In this document: piece after piece, positions 50,927 through 60,648 of the stretch
Layout of the letters: every line of letters begins with the position of its first letter
How positions within the stretch are numbered: the stretch's first letter is position 1
Origin: Bacilli bacterium
Lineage (GTDB): Bacteria > Bacillota_I > Bacilli_A > RFN20 > UBA1709
Direction of reading: 5' to 3'
Assembly (NCBI GenBank): GCA_050949315.1
Contig: JBMNFL010000001.1
Location: 192,001 to 256,000 of the forward strand
DNA: 64,000 nt
Made by a program: the position numbers and the translations under genes
The notes under the pieces: generated by a model
Told to the model about the DNA's origin: nothing
The model's input: only the letters and a program-made list of their open reading frames with translations
The model's database searches: none

Positions 50927-51112
50927 ATGTTTACCCCTGAAAAAATTAAAGAAATACGAAGAGAAATGATGATGACCCAAACCGAGTTTGCGGAATATTT
51001 AGGTATTGCCTTTGTTTCCGTGAATAGGTATGAAAATGGTAAATCTAGGCCAACTTTTAAAGTTCAAAGAAAATTAGCAGAGCTTGAGAAGAAATTGGGC
51101 TTGCTTAAATAG
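50927..51112 (+). CDS. Xre-family HTH transcriptional regulator
   Basis: IKEIRREMMMTQTEFAEYLGIAFVSVNRYENGKSRP; SD aggag before ATG 50927. Confidence 0.88.
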   Translation: MFTPEKIKEIRREMMMTQTEFAEYLGIAFVSVNRYENGKSRPTFKVQRKLAELEKKLGLLK

Positions 51113-51494
51113 TTTAAAAGGTAAAATGTTTTCTTTTATTGATATAAAATGGTATAGGTCAAAAATAAGCAGAAAAAGAACAACTGAGCAAAAATGCTGA
51201 TTTTGAAAAACTGCGCAGTATAATTCAAACAGATGGCAAGAGATTTTTACACTTTTTTAAGAAAGACAATCACAAAAAGGTTGCCTCTTCTATAAAAGAT
51301 ATTTAGTAAAAACAAAAAGAGAATAAGTGACTGATAGAAAATGATCTTATTAATTGAAAAACACCAAGAAATATGCTACAATTATCATGTATTAAATGAA
51401 TTCATTGGGTTGTCAAAATAAGCTAAAAATCATTAGAGTAGGAGTATTGATTGACAACAGTTTTTAGGGTAATAAAGGTATGAGGTGGGATAAT

Positions 51495-52361
51495 ATGCCT
51501 AAAACTTCAGTTAGATTTTTTAAAAACACACCCGTTCGTGCTGTTTGGGATGAAGAAAGTTCTAAATGGTGGTTTTGTGCGACGGATACTGTTGAAGCCT
51601 TAAAGATAAGTGTCAGTCCAAGAAAATATTGGAACAGTTTAAAGAGACGAAAAAAAGAGTTGTCATCAAATTGTAGACAACTGAAATTAAAAGCCAGTGA
51701 TGGCAAATTTTATAATACTGATGTTATTGATGAGCAAGGCTTGAATACACTAACTGGTATCATTTCAAGTAATAAAAGTGAGACATTCTTAAAATGGATG
51801 AAGAATTTGGAAACCTCTCTTGATGAAAAGAGCAAACTAAAAGCTTATGAACTTTTTGAAAGTGGTTTGATTGATAATATTGAAGTAGGAACAGTAAAAG
51901 GCTTGCAACAAATTCATGCCTATATTTTTGGTGGCTTGTATGATTTTGCGGGCAAGATTCGCAGGATGAATATTTCAAAGGACGGCTTTATTTTTGCCTC
52001 AGCAAAGCATCTACCAGAAACTCTACGCATGATAGAACAAATGCCAGAAGATACACTTGAAAACATTGTCGCTAAATATGTGGAAATGAATATTGCGCAC
52101 CCCTTTATGGAAGGCAATGGTAGAAGTAGCCGAATTTGGCTAGATGCCATATTAAAAAAGAAACTCGGTGCTTGTGTTGATTGGAGCAAGATAGGGAAAT
52201 ACGATTATCTACAAGCCATGAAAGAAAGTGTAGTGAAAATAGACAAAATATTTACTTTGATTAAAAAAGCTTTAACCACTGAGATTAATTCTCGTGAAAT
52301 TATAATGAAGGGCATCGATTATTCCTATTATTATGAGGAGATTGATGAGAAGATGCCTTAG
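51495..52361 (+). CDS. Fic-domain protein with Bro-N-like N-terminus
   Basis: Canonical [12 protein letters not shown] motif; N-terminal [34 protein letters not shown]; start could be 51480. Confidence 0.88.
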   Translation: MPKTSVRFFKNTPVRAVWDEESSKWWFCATDTVEALKISVSPRKYWNSLKRRKKELSSNCRQLKLKASDGKFYNTDVIDEQGLNTLTGIISSNKSETFLKWMKNLETSLDEKSKLKAYELFESGLIDNIEVGTVKGLQQIHAYIFGGLYDFAGKIRRMNISKDGFIFASAKHLPETLRMIEQMPEDTLENIVAKYVEMNIAHPFMEGNGRSSRIWLDAILKKKLGACVDWSKIGKYDYLQAMKESVVKIDKIFTLIKKALTTEINSREIIMKGIDYSYYYEEIDEKMP

Positions 52362-52375
52362 AGGTTAAATAAAAA

Positions 52376-53495
52376 TGTTTAATATCAAATGATGTGAGAC
52401 AAAATTAATAAAAAAAAGTAGGCATCTTATCTATAATGAAGTTGAACCAATATAGAAGGAGATGCCCATGGATATTTTAACACAAGAAAGAAATTATATA
52501 CCAGTAGATATTGAAACAAAATTACACGCCTGCTTAAGGAGGACGGTTTCGTCCTGGCCAATAAGAAAAATTCTATCTTTTTATCACGTTAAAAGGAGTT
52601 CGTTATATCGTTGGTTAAAGCGATTTGATGGAAGTAAAGAATCGTTATTAAATCGATCACATAGGCCTTTATCGGATCATCCTAATAAATTAAAAGCGAA
52701 TATTGTTAAGAGAATACTAGATCTCCACAGAAGAAATCCTGATCAATCATTTGTTGAAATATGGGTTAGATTAAAACATGATGGTATAGATATCTCGCCA
52801 TCTAGTGTTCTAAGAACCTTTAAAAGAAATGAAGAATTTGTTCCCTACAAACCAAATCCTAAAAAGCATGACAAACAATACCATACGCCCAAAATGGTTC
52901 ATGAAAAATGGCAAATGGATGTTAAATATGTTCCCAAAGAATGCAAAATTGATAGTTTGGAAGGTCGATTTTATCAATACACTATCTTAGATGAATGTTC
53001 ACGAAAAAGAGTTCTTTATTTCACGGCCGAACATTCAATGTATGAAAGTGTTCAGGCTTTGATCTTCGCTTATAAGAAAATAGGTTGTTTTCCAAAGGAA
53101 ATTCAAACAGACAATGGTGTGGAATTCACTGATAAAGTTCGCCGCAAAAATAAGGGCGTGAATGTTAGAAAATATGAAAACTATTTAGAAAGATTTTGTA
53201 GAACAAACCATATAAATCATCACTTGATAAGGCCTAGAACCCCCCAACATAATGGTAAGGTAGAAAGAAGTCATCGAATTGATCAAGATAAATTCTATAA
53301 ACATTTAAAATTTTATTCCCTCGATGATCTTAGATATCAAGGTAAATTATGGAACAAAAGATACAACAATTTACCTAAGCTTGTTCTTAAATTTAAAACA
53401 CCTAATGAAGTGGAACTTGAAAAGTTAATTGAATTGGTTCAAACTACTGGTGAGATAAGATGTAAGAAACGTCTCACATCATTTGCAACCTAACA
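52376..53495 (+). mobile_element. IS481-like insertion sequence, copy 2 (1,120 bp)
   Basis: Same termini and length as 8715-9834 in opposite orientation; identical transposase protein; no flanking duplication. Confidence 0.93.
52462..53493 (+). CDS. DDE transposase, IS481-like
   Basis: Protein identical to 8717..9748. Confidence 0.93.
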   Translation: MPMDILTQERNYIPVDIETKLHACLRRTVSSWPIRKILSFYHVKRSSLYRWLKRFDGSKESLLNRSHRPLSDHPNKLKANIVKRILDLHRRNPDQSFVEIWVRLKHDGIDISPSSVLRTFKRNEEFVPYKPNPKKHDKQYHTPKMVHEKWQMDVKYVPKECKIDSLEGRFYQYTILDECSRKRVLYFTAEHSMYESVQALIFAYKKIGCFPKEIQTDNGVEFTDKVRRKNKGVNVRKYENYLERFCRTNHINHHLIRPRTPQHNGKVERSHRIDQDKFYKHLKFYSLDDLRYQGKLWNKRYNNLPKLVLKFKTPNEVELEKLIELVQTTGEIRCKKRLTSFAT

Positions 53496-53496
53496 T

Positions 53497-54966
53497 TATG
53501 CCGCTTTTTATGGCTGCGAAGCTTTGACGGCCTTAACTATTCCGGCTAAAGTTAAAAGAATTGATAATGCAATTGTAAGTAACTGTAAAGCTTTAGCTAA
53601 TCTTACAGTTGAAGAAGCCAATAATGTCTATGATTCAAGGAATGATTGTAAGGCCATTATTCATAAGGCCACCAATACCTTACATACCGCTTGTAAGAAT
53701 ACGACCATTCCTACTACAGTAAGCACTATCGGACCTAATGCTTATGGTGCTTGTAAAGAAATGACAACAATTACCATACCCACTACTGTTACCACGATTG
53801 GGGCTGGGGCTTTTTCAGAAATGGCCTTAGAAAGCGTTACTATTCCCAATAGTGTTACTAAGTTAGGTAATGGAGCCTTTGATAGTTGTAGTAAACTAAC
53901 TAGTGTTAGTATTGGCAGTGGAATTAAACATATCAATGCTTGGACTTTCAGCGGGTGCGAAGATTTGAAAACAATTACTATTCCTAACAATGTTGTTTCA
54001 ATTGGTTCCATGGCCTTTTCTTGGTGTCCAGAATTAACAACTGTTAATCTTGGAACCGGACTTGTAAGTCTTGGTGAAGCCGTTTTTTCTGGTTGCCATA
54101 AATTAACTACTATCACTATTCCTAGTAGTGTTCAAGTTCTAGGAATGGGTTCGCTATCTAATTGTAATCAATTGGCGACCATTAATTTTGGAACGGGTCT
54201 AAGGATAATTAGAGATGGGGCCTTCTCTTCTAACCCCGCTTTAACCAGCATCACTATTCCTAATAGTGTTACTCAACTTGGTAGTGGGGTCTTCAGCCAT
54301 TGCGAGGCTTTAGAAACAGTTACGCTATCTAGTAACCTTACTTCTATGGGCGATGCCCTCTTTGTTGGTTGTATAGCTTTAAAGGCTCTAAATATTCCTA
54401 AGAAAGTTACTAGAATTGGGGAAAACATTGTATGTGGTTGTGAGGCTTTAGCAAGTATTACGGTTGATACTGCTAATACGGTCTATGATTCACGTTATGC
54501 TTCTAATGCCATTATCGATAAGAAAACTGATGTTTTGCTCTTTGGCTGCAAAGAAACAGTTATTCCATCGTCAGTTAAGGCAATCGGACCGAATGCCTTT
54601 AGAGAAAACACCGCTTTAACCACCTTTACCGTGCCTGTGAATGTTAAAGCCATTGGCGACTCTGCTTTCCTTGGTTGTTCAAACTTAGCAAGTGTTAAAT
54701 TACACGATGCCCTTGAAAGCATTGGTGAAGAGGCTTTCTGTAGTTGTTATAACCTTGAAAGTGTAGTTATTAATTACTCAGTCACTAGCATTGGTGAACT
54801 AGCCTTCACCAGTGGCAAATTATACTGCAGGGCTTCGGTTAAACCCGCAGGCTGGCATGATAATTGGGCGGGCGACATGTGTGAAGTTTATTGGTATAGT
54901 GCTAATCCAGTTTTAGATGGTCAGCACTGGCATGAAGTAGATGGTGTGCCAACGGTTTGGGAATAA
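53497..54966 (+). pseudogene. 5'-truncated BspA-type leucine-rich repeat (LRR_5) surface protein
   Basis: TIPNSVTxIGxxAFxxCxxL repeats; frame is open right up to the IS end (YAAFYGCEALTALTIP), so it begins mid-repeat with no SD or signal peptide. Confidence 0.82.
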
Positions 54967-55106
54967 CAATTATAAAGATTAAAATAGTTATTTAGATGCT
55001 GAAAACATCTCAAATCTTTTAGTAAAGAGGCGAGATGTTTTTCTTTTGATTGCTTTTAAAAGTTTAAAATAGTAATATATGCATATACTAAAAGGCAGGT
55101 TGAAAG

Positions 55107-56027
55107 ATGGTTAAAGAACTGATTGAAAAGGGAAATTATAAAGAGGCTTTAAGGCTTATTGGCTCTAAAGATGATGAGTTGAGTCTATATCAAAAGGCGG
55201 CATGTCTATATGGGCTTAACAAGAAAGAAGCGGCTTTAGAGACCTGTAAAGAGGGCGTAGTTAAAAGTTCTAAACTCTACTACGATTTCTTGGCTTTAGA
55301 ACTCTCTTTGCTACTAGAATTAGAGCAGGAAGAAGAGGCCTTGAGTATCTTAGAAGAAGAGCTTTCCATGCCTTATATTCCTTCAAAATATGAGACCGTT
55401 TTTAGTGATATCTATGAGAAGTTGTTAAAGAATAAGAGGGCAGAGGAAAAGTCTTATTCCCCCTTTGATTTGCTTAGTAGTGAGGAATTAAAAGAACTGC
55501 TTAAACCGCATCAAAGTCCCGAGATTTTACTAACGGCCATCTATCAACTTGAGAAGCGCAATGTCCGGCTGTTTATGGATGTCGCTCTTCCTTTTTTAGA
55601 AAGCGAGGCCCCTAACTATTTAAAGACCGCTATGCTTGAGGTCTTAAGCAATCAAAAGATTGACCTTAATCTAAGGCTTAAGAAAGGCTGTTTTGAACTT
55701 GAGATAAATCCTAAGGATTTAAAGCCTTTAATGCAACAAGAAGCCTTAAAAAGCTTAGAAGCCTATATTAGGGAGTTTAATAAGCCTAAGGATGTCAGTG
55801 TGAATCAGGATGCCTATGACTTACTTATAAGTTATCTAGCCGATCTTTATCCTTTAGAAGTGGGTGAAGATGAATATAAGTATTTAGCCGCTGCCTTATA
55901 TTATGCGGCAATCAGTAATTATCAAGAAGATTATGATTTAGAAACTTTGGCCGAAGAAGAACACCTAAAAATAGAACTGATTCAGGCTTATTACGATAAA
56001 ATCGTAAACTTACCGAGTATATTTTAG
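55107..56027 (+). CDS. TPR-like protein (DUF3196/YsoA-like) upstream of tig
   Basis: Helical TPR-like N-terminus, EEELSMPYIP motif; conserved position before tig. Confidence 0.55.
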   Translation: MVKELIEKGNYKEALRLIGSKDDELSLYQKAACLYGLNKKEAALETCKEGVVKSSKLYYDFLALELSLLLELEQEEEALSILEEELSMPYIPSKYETVFSDIYEKLLKNKRAEEKSYSPFDLLSSEELKELLKPHQSPEILLTAIYQLEKRNVRLFMDVALPFLESEAPNYLKTAMLEVLSNQKIDLNLRLKKGCFELEINPKDLKPLMQQEALKSLEAYIREFNKPKDVSVNQDAYDLLISYLADLYPLEVGEDEYKYLAAALYYAAISNYQEDYDLETLAEEEHLKIELIQAYYDKIVNLPSIF

Positions 56028-56099
56028 CAAAATATTTGCACAAGCCGTTCTTCTATGCTAAAATACGCTAGCGTATCAAGGAAAGAAGGAAAATAGATT

Positions 56100-57383
56100 A
56101 TGAAACTTAAAGTAGATAAACAAGGTGCCTTAGTAAGTGCCGAGGTGGAATTAGAAAAAGAAGAGTGGCAGGAAGCCCAAAAGAAAGCCGTTATGAAACT
56201 GGCTAAGAAAATTACGGTTCCTGGCTTTCGTAAGGGGAATGCCCCTTATGATAAGGTTAAGAGTTTAGTCGATTCTCAAAAGGCTTTAGAAGAGGCTATT
56301 GATAGTGTCTTGCCCAAGGCCTTTAAAGAAGTTTTAAAGCAAGAAAAAGATTTACATGTCCTTATTCAACCGGCCGTTGATGTTCTTAAACTCAGTGCTG
56401 AAGAGCTCGTTATTAAGTTTACCATCACCACTAGACCAGAAGTTGTTTTAGGGGCTTATAAGGATATTGAGATTAAAAAAGATGCCATCACTGTCAGTGA
56501 TGAAGAGATAAATAAGGGTCTTGAAGACCTTCGTCAACAATGTGCGACCATTAGCCTTAAAGAAGATGGTGTCATTGAAAAGGGAGACCTTGTAAATTTT
56601 GACTTTATCGGTTATGTTGATGGTAAGCCCTTTGACGGCGGTAAGGGCGATAAATACGAATTAGAGATTGGCTCTAAGCGTTTCGTTCCCGGCTTTGAAG
56701 AGCAGATGCTAGGCTTAAAAAAGGGAGAAGAAGCTAAAATTGTCATCACTTTCCCTAAGGACTATGTCAAGGATTTAGCCGGTAAGGAAGCGACTTTTGA
56801 ACTTAAGATCAATGAGATTAGTGTCAAGACCTTACCAGAAATTGATGATGAATTAGCCTTAGATGCCAATATTGAAGGCGTTAGTAATCTTACCGATTTG
56901 CAGCAACATCTTTTCACAACCTTAAGTGAAAGGAAAGAAGTTGAAGCCGAGAATAAGGCGGCGAATGAACTGATTGAAAGGATAGTCGCTAATGCGACGG
57001 TTGAGATTCCCCAAACGCTAGTGGAAAATGAATTACCACATGAGTTTGAACACTACAAAAAGGATGTAGAAAGCAAGGGTATTCCTTTTGATAAATACCT
57101 AGAAATCGCTGAGATGAGCGAAGAAAAGGTTAAGGAGCAAATGCGGATCAATATCGCTAAGAGTTTAAAGGTGATGTTTACCTTAGGGGCTATTGCTGAG
57201 GCCAACAAGATTGAGGTCACAGAAGAGGATATCAATCAGGAATTTGAACTGCTGGCCACGCAATATGGCCTTGAAGTTGAGAAGATTAAAGAGTATATGA
57301 AAAACCAAATGGAGCAACTAGCTAACCAGATTTATTCGCGCAAGGTAACCGATTATATCTTGTCCGTCAATAAATTAGTTTAG
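56100..57383 (+). CDS. tig: Trigger factor
   Basis: VPGFRKGNAP signature; FKBP domain FDGGK..LEIGS..FVPGFEEQ..FPKDY. Confidence 0.97.
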   Translation: MKLKVDKQGALVSAEVELEKEEWQEAQKKAVMKLAKKITVPGFRKGNAPYDKVKSLVDSQKALEEAIDSVLPKAFKEVLKQEKDLHVLIQPAVDVLKLSAEELVIKFTITTRPEVVLGAYKDIEIKKDAITVSDEEINKGLEDLRQQCATISLKEDGVIEKGDLVNFDFIGYVDGKPFDGGKGDKYELEIGSKRFVPGFEEQMLGLKKGEEAKIVITFPKDYVKDLAGKEATFELKINEISVKTLPEIDDELALDANIEGVSNLTDLQQHLFTTLSERKEVEAENKAANELIERIVANATVEIPQTLVENELPHEFEHYKKDVESKGIPFDKYLEIAEMSEEKVKEQMRINIAKSLKVMFTLGAIAEANKIEVTEEDINQEFELLATQYGLEVEKIKEYMKNQMEQLANQIYSRKVTDYILSVNKLV

Positions 57384-57390
57384 TTTTAGG

Positions 57391-57413
57391 AAAGACGCTC
57401 TGCGTCTTTTTTT
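57391..57413 (+). terminator. Intrinsic terminator after tig
   Basis: aaagacgc-tct-gcgtcttttttt. Confidence 0.75.
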
Positions 57414-57435
57414 AAAAATAAAGGAGGGGAAATAA

Positions 57436-59748
57436 ATGGAACTAAATAGAAAATCCCTACTACTACCAGTCATTTGTACTAGGGGAATTATCTTTTTCCC
57501 AGGGATTGAAATGTCAATCGAAGTTGGGCGTAAGAAGTCTTTAGAGGCGGTAGAGCAAGCACGGGATATTTATGACAACTATGTGATTGTCACTTGTCAG
57601 AAACGTCCCGAAGAAAACGACCCTCAAAGCGATGCCCTTTATAAGGTTGGGACTTTGTGTCGCATTGTTTCGGCTAAGGCCAATCGCGACCATTCTCAAA
57701 GAGTTTTAATCAAGGGCTTAGAAAGAGTAGAGATTGCGGAATTTACTAATCTTTATGGTACGATTTTTGCTAAGGCCAAGAGTGTTTATGATATTTACGG
57801 TGATCAGAGTGAAGAGACCGCTCTTAAGCGGGTTTTAATCAACTCTAAAAAGGATATTTTAAAGAAATTAAATGTCCCAGCCGTGGTCTTAAATGATTAC
57901 TTGGTTGAGGAGCGTCCTGCTAGTGAAATCGCCGATTATCTTGCCAGTGTTATCAGCATTAATTTTGATTTAAAACAAATGATTCTAGAAGAATTAGATA
58001 TCAATAAACGCTTGCAGCTTTTAATCGATACGATTGCTAAAGAAAATCTCATCAACGAGATTGAGGACAGTATCAATAAAAAGGTTAAGAGCAAGATTGA
58101 TGAGAATCAAAAAGAATATGTCTTAAGAGAAAAGTTAAGAGCGATTAAGGAAGAACTTGGTGACAGTGTCAATAAGGATGATGACACCGAGAATCTACGC
58201 AAGACGGTTTTAGAAAATCCCTATCCTCAGAATGTTAAGGATAAGGTTTTAGATGAATTAAAGTGCTTAGATATGATGTCACCGGCCTCACCTGAAGCCT
58301 CGATTATCAGGACATATTTAGATTGGTTGATTAAGGTACCCTGGTATCAATCAACCAAGGATAACGAAGATATCAGCAATGTTGAGAAGATATTAAATGA
58401 AGACCATTACGGCCTTGTTAAGCCTAAAGAGCGGATAGTGGAGTATTTAGCTGTCAAGCAATTGACTTCTTCGCTAAAGGCCCCAATTATCTGTTTTAGT
58501 GGCCCTCCAGGAACGGGAAAAACTTCCCTAGCTCTTTCTATTGCTAGAGCCTTAGGAAGAAAGTCGGTTAAGGTCTCTTTAGGTGGGGTTAGGGATGAGT
58601 CAGAAATCCGTGGCCATCGTCGTACCTATATCGGCTCATTACCAGGAAGGATTATTCAGGGTATGAAGCGGGCAGGCAGTATTAATCCTGTGTTTATTCT
58701 TGATGAAATCGATAAACTTGGCTCCGACTATAAGGGTGATCCTTCCAGTGCCTTACTAGAGGTTTTAGATCCCGAACAAAATAAGCAGTTTAGTGATAAC
58801 TATCTTGAAGAACCCTATGATCTATCAAATGTTTTATTCATTGCAACGGCCAACTATCTAGAAAATATTCCCATGCCTTTAAGGGATCGTTTGGAGATTA
58901 TTGAATTGTCTTCTTATACCGAAGATGAGAAGTTGAATATCGCTAAAAACCACTTGATTGCTAAGCAAGTTGAGCAAAACGGGGTTAAGGATCTAAGTTT
59001 TACTAACGAAGCCATACTATGCATCATTCGCAACTACACTAGAGAAGCGGGTGTAAGACAATTAGAAAGGCATATTGGCTCTATTGCCCGTAAAGTCGCA
59101 GTTAAGACCTTGAAACAGGGTCGGGTATCCCATAAAATCAATGAAAACGGAGTTAAGAGGTATCTTGGTAAGGAACTCTATGACTATACTAAGAAAGAAA
59201 AGAAAGATCAGGTTGGTGTCGCCATGGGTCTTGCCTATACCCAGTATGGTGGGGATATTTTACCGATCGAAGTCGCCTATTTTGAAGGTAAGGGTCATGT
59301 GACAGTTACGGGTAATCTAGGCGATGTGATGAAGGAATCGGCCAATATTGCCGTTGGGCATGTGAAGGCAAATGCTAAACAATACGGGGTTGAACCTAAA
59401 GTTTTTGAAGGCATTGACCTACATATTCATGCCCCCGAAGGGGCAGTGCCTAAGGATGGTCCTAGTGCGGGGGTTACGATGACAACCGCCATTGTTTCCG
59501 CCCTAAGCAAGCATCCAGTACGTTCGGATATCGCGATGACAGGCGAGGTTACCCTAAGAGGTAACATCTTACCTATTGGTGGATTGCGTGAGAAGAGTAT
59601 CGCCGCTCACCGTTCAGGGATTATGACGATTTTTATCCCTAAGGAAAATGAAAAGGATATTGAGGATATTCCCGCGACTGTTAAAAAGGACATGAAGATT
59701 ATTCCTGTCAGTCATGTCAGCGAGATTATCCATCAAGTTATTCTCTAA
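57436..59748 (+). CDS. lon: ATP-dependent protease La
   Basis: [31 protein letters not shown]. Confidence 0.98.
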   Translation: MELNRKSLLLPVICTRGIIFFPGIEMSIEVGRKKSLEAVEQARDIYDNYVIVTCQKRPEENDPQSDALYKVGTLCRIVSAKANRDHSQRVLIKGLERVEIAEFTNLYGTIFAKAKSVYDIYGDQSEETALKRVLINSKKDILKKLNVPAVVLNDYLVEERPASEIADYLASVISINFDLKQMILEELDINKRLQLLIDTIAKENLINEIEDSINKKVKSKIDENQKEYVLREKLRAIKEELGDSVNKDDDTENLRKTVLENPYPQNVKDKVLDELKCLDMMSPASPEASIIRTYLDWLIKVPWYQSTKDNEDISNVEKILNEDHYGLVKPKERIVEYLAVKQLTSSLKAPIICFSGPPGTGKTSLALSIARALGRKSVKVSLGGVRDESEIRGHRRTYIGSLPGRIIQGMKRAGSINPVFILDEIDKLGSDYKGDPSSALLEVLDPEQNKQFSDNYLEEPYDLSNVLFIATANYLENIPMPLRDRLEIIELSSYTEDEKLNIAKNHLIAKQVEQNGVKDLSFTNEAILCIIRNYTREAGVRQLERHIGSIARKVAVKTLKQGRVSHKINENGVKRYLGKELYDYTKKEKKDQVGVAMGLAYTQYGGDILPIEVAYFEGKGHVTVTGNLGDVMKESANIAVGHVKANAKQYGVEPKVFEGIDLHIHAPEGAVPKDGPSAGVTMTTAIVSALSKHPVRSDIAMTGEVTLRGNILPIGGLREKSIAAHRSGIMTIFIPKENEKDIEDIPATVKKDMKIIPVSHVSEIIHQVIL

Positions 59749-59752
59749 TATT

Positions 59753-60337
59753 ATGTATTTAAATAGCGTCCGTTTTGAATTATCCGCCCCTAGTAAACAA
59801 TTCTATCCTAAGGATGAGCTTAAGGAATTGGTTATTTTAGGGCGTTCAAATGTTGGTAAATCTACTTTTATCAATCGTTTGACTAATAACAAAAGCCTGG
59901 CGAAGACCTCATCAACGCCAGGTAGGACCCGCCTTTTAAACTTCTTTAAGGTCAATGAAGACTATCGTTTGGTGGATGCTCCAGGTTATGGTTATCAGAA
60001 GGGGAGCAAGAAATCCGATTTGTCTTTTGCCAAGATGATGGATGAATACCTCGCGACGCGTAGTAATCTAGTCGGGGCTCTTTTCTTGCTGGATGCTAGG
60101 CGCATCCCCAGTATTGATGATCAAAGCCTTTTAGAACTTTTAAAAGTTTATAAATTACCCTTTATCTTGATTGCTACTAAAGTTGATAAGCTTAAGCAGG
60201 CAGAAAGGGTGCGCTTAAAAACTAACTTGCTCTCTACTTTAGGCTTGCCCTTAGAAACTAAGATAATAAGGGTGAGCAGTTTAAAAGATGATTGGCAAGA
60301 GGAAGTTATTGAAAAGATGGAAGAATTGCTAAGATAA
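59753..60337 (+). CDS. engB: Ribosome biogenesis GTPase YsxC/EngB
   Basis: GRSNVGKS, TSSTPGRT, DAPGYG, TKVDK; follows lon. Confidence 0.95.
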   Translation: MYLNSVRFELSAPSKQFYPKDELKELVILGRSNVGKSTFINRLTNNKSLAKTSSTPGRTRLLNFFKVNEDYRLVDAPGYGYQKGSKKSDLSFAKMMDEYLATRSNLVGALFLLDARRIPSIDDQSLLELLKVYKLPFILIATKVDKLKQAERVRLKTNLLSTLGLPLETKIIRVSSLKDDWQEEVIEKMEELLR

Positions 60338-60384
60338 TTAAAAATATCTTTGCATTCCCATTTTTTATGTTATAATTCAAGCGT

Positions 60385-60610
60385 AGCGTTGATTAGAAGG
60401 AGTAAGTAGTTTTCTTTTATCAAGAGAGATACTCTGTGGTGCGAGGTATTTAAAAGAACTGCTGAAAGTCGTCTAGGAGCTCGATAGATGAAAGTAAGGA
60501 TAGTCTATCGCGTATCTCGGCGTTAACGAGTTGAGAGCATAAGTATTTTATACTTATGAACTAAGGTGGTACCGCGTTAATTAACGTCCTTAATTGGGGC
60601 GTTTTTTTCT
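60385..60610 (+). promoter_or_regulatory. T-box riboswitch (Val)
   Basis: Specifier GTC at 60468-60470, T-box aaggtggtaccgcg at 60563-60576, terminator aacgtcct...gggcgttttttt. Confidence 0.9.
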
Positions 60611-60648
60611 TAAAAAAAGGTCCAAAAAAAGACTAAGGAGGAGTAAAA

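Noticed and set aside
51126-51165. atgttttcttttattgat...ggtataggt after the Xre gene resembles the start of a C5 DNA methyltransferase (FIDLFAGIG)
   Set aside because: The similarity covers only a few codons, needs a frameshift and does not continue, so it is too weak to call a pseudogene.
48408-55100. Prophage or ICE integrated at tRNA-Arg
   Set aside because: No integrase, phage or conjugation genes, and no duplicated tRNA 3' end was found; at most a degraded island.
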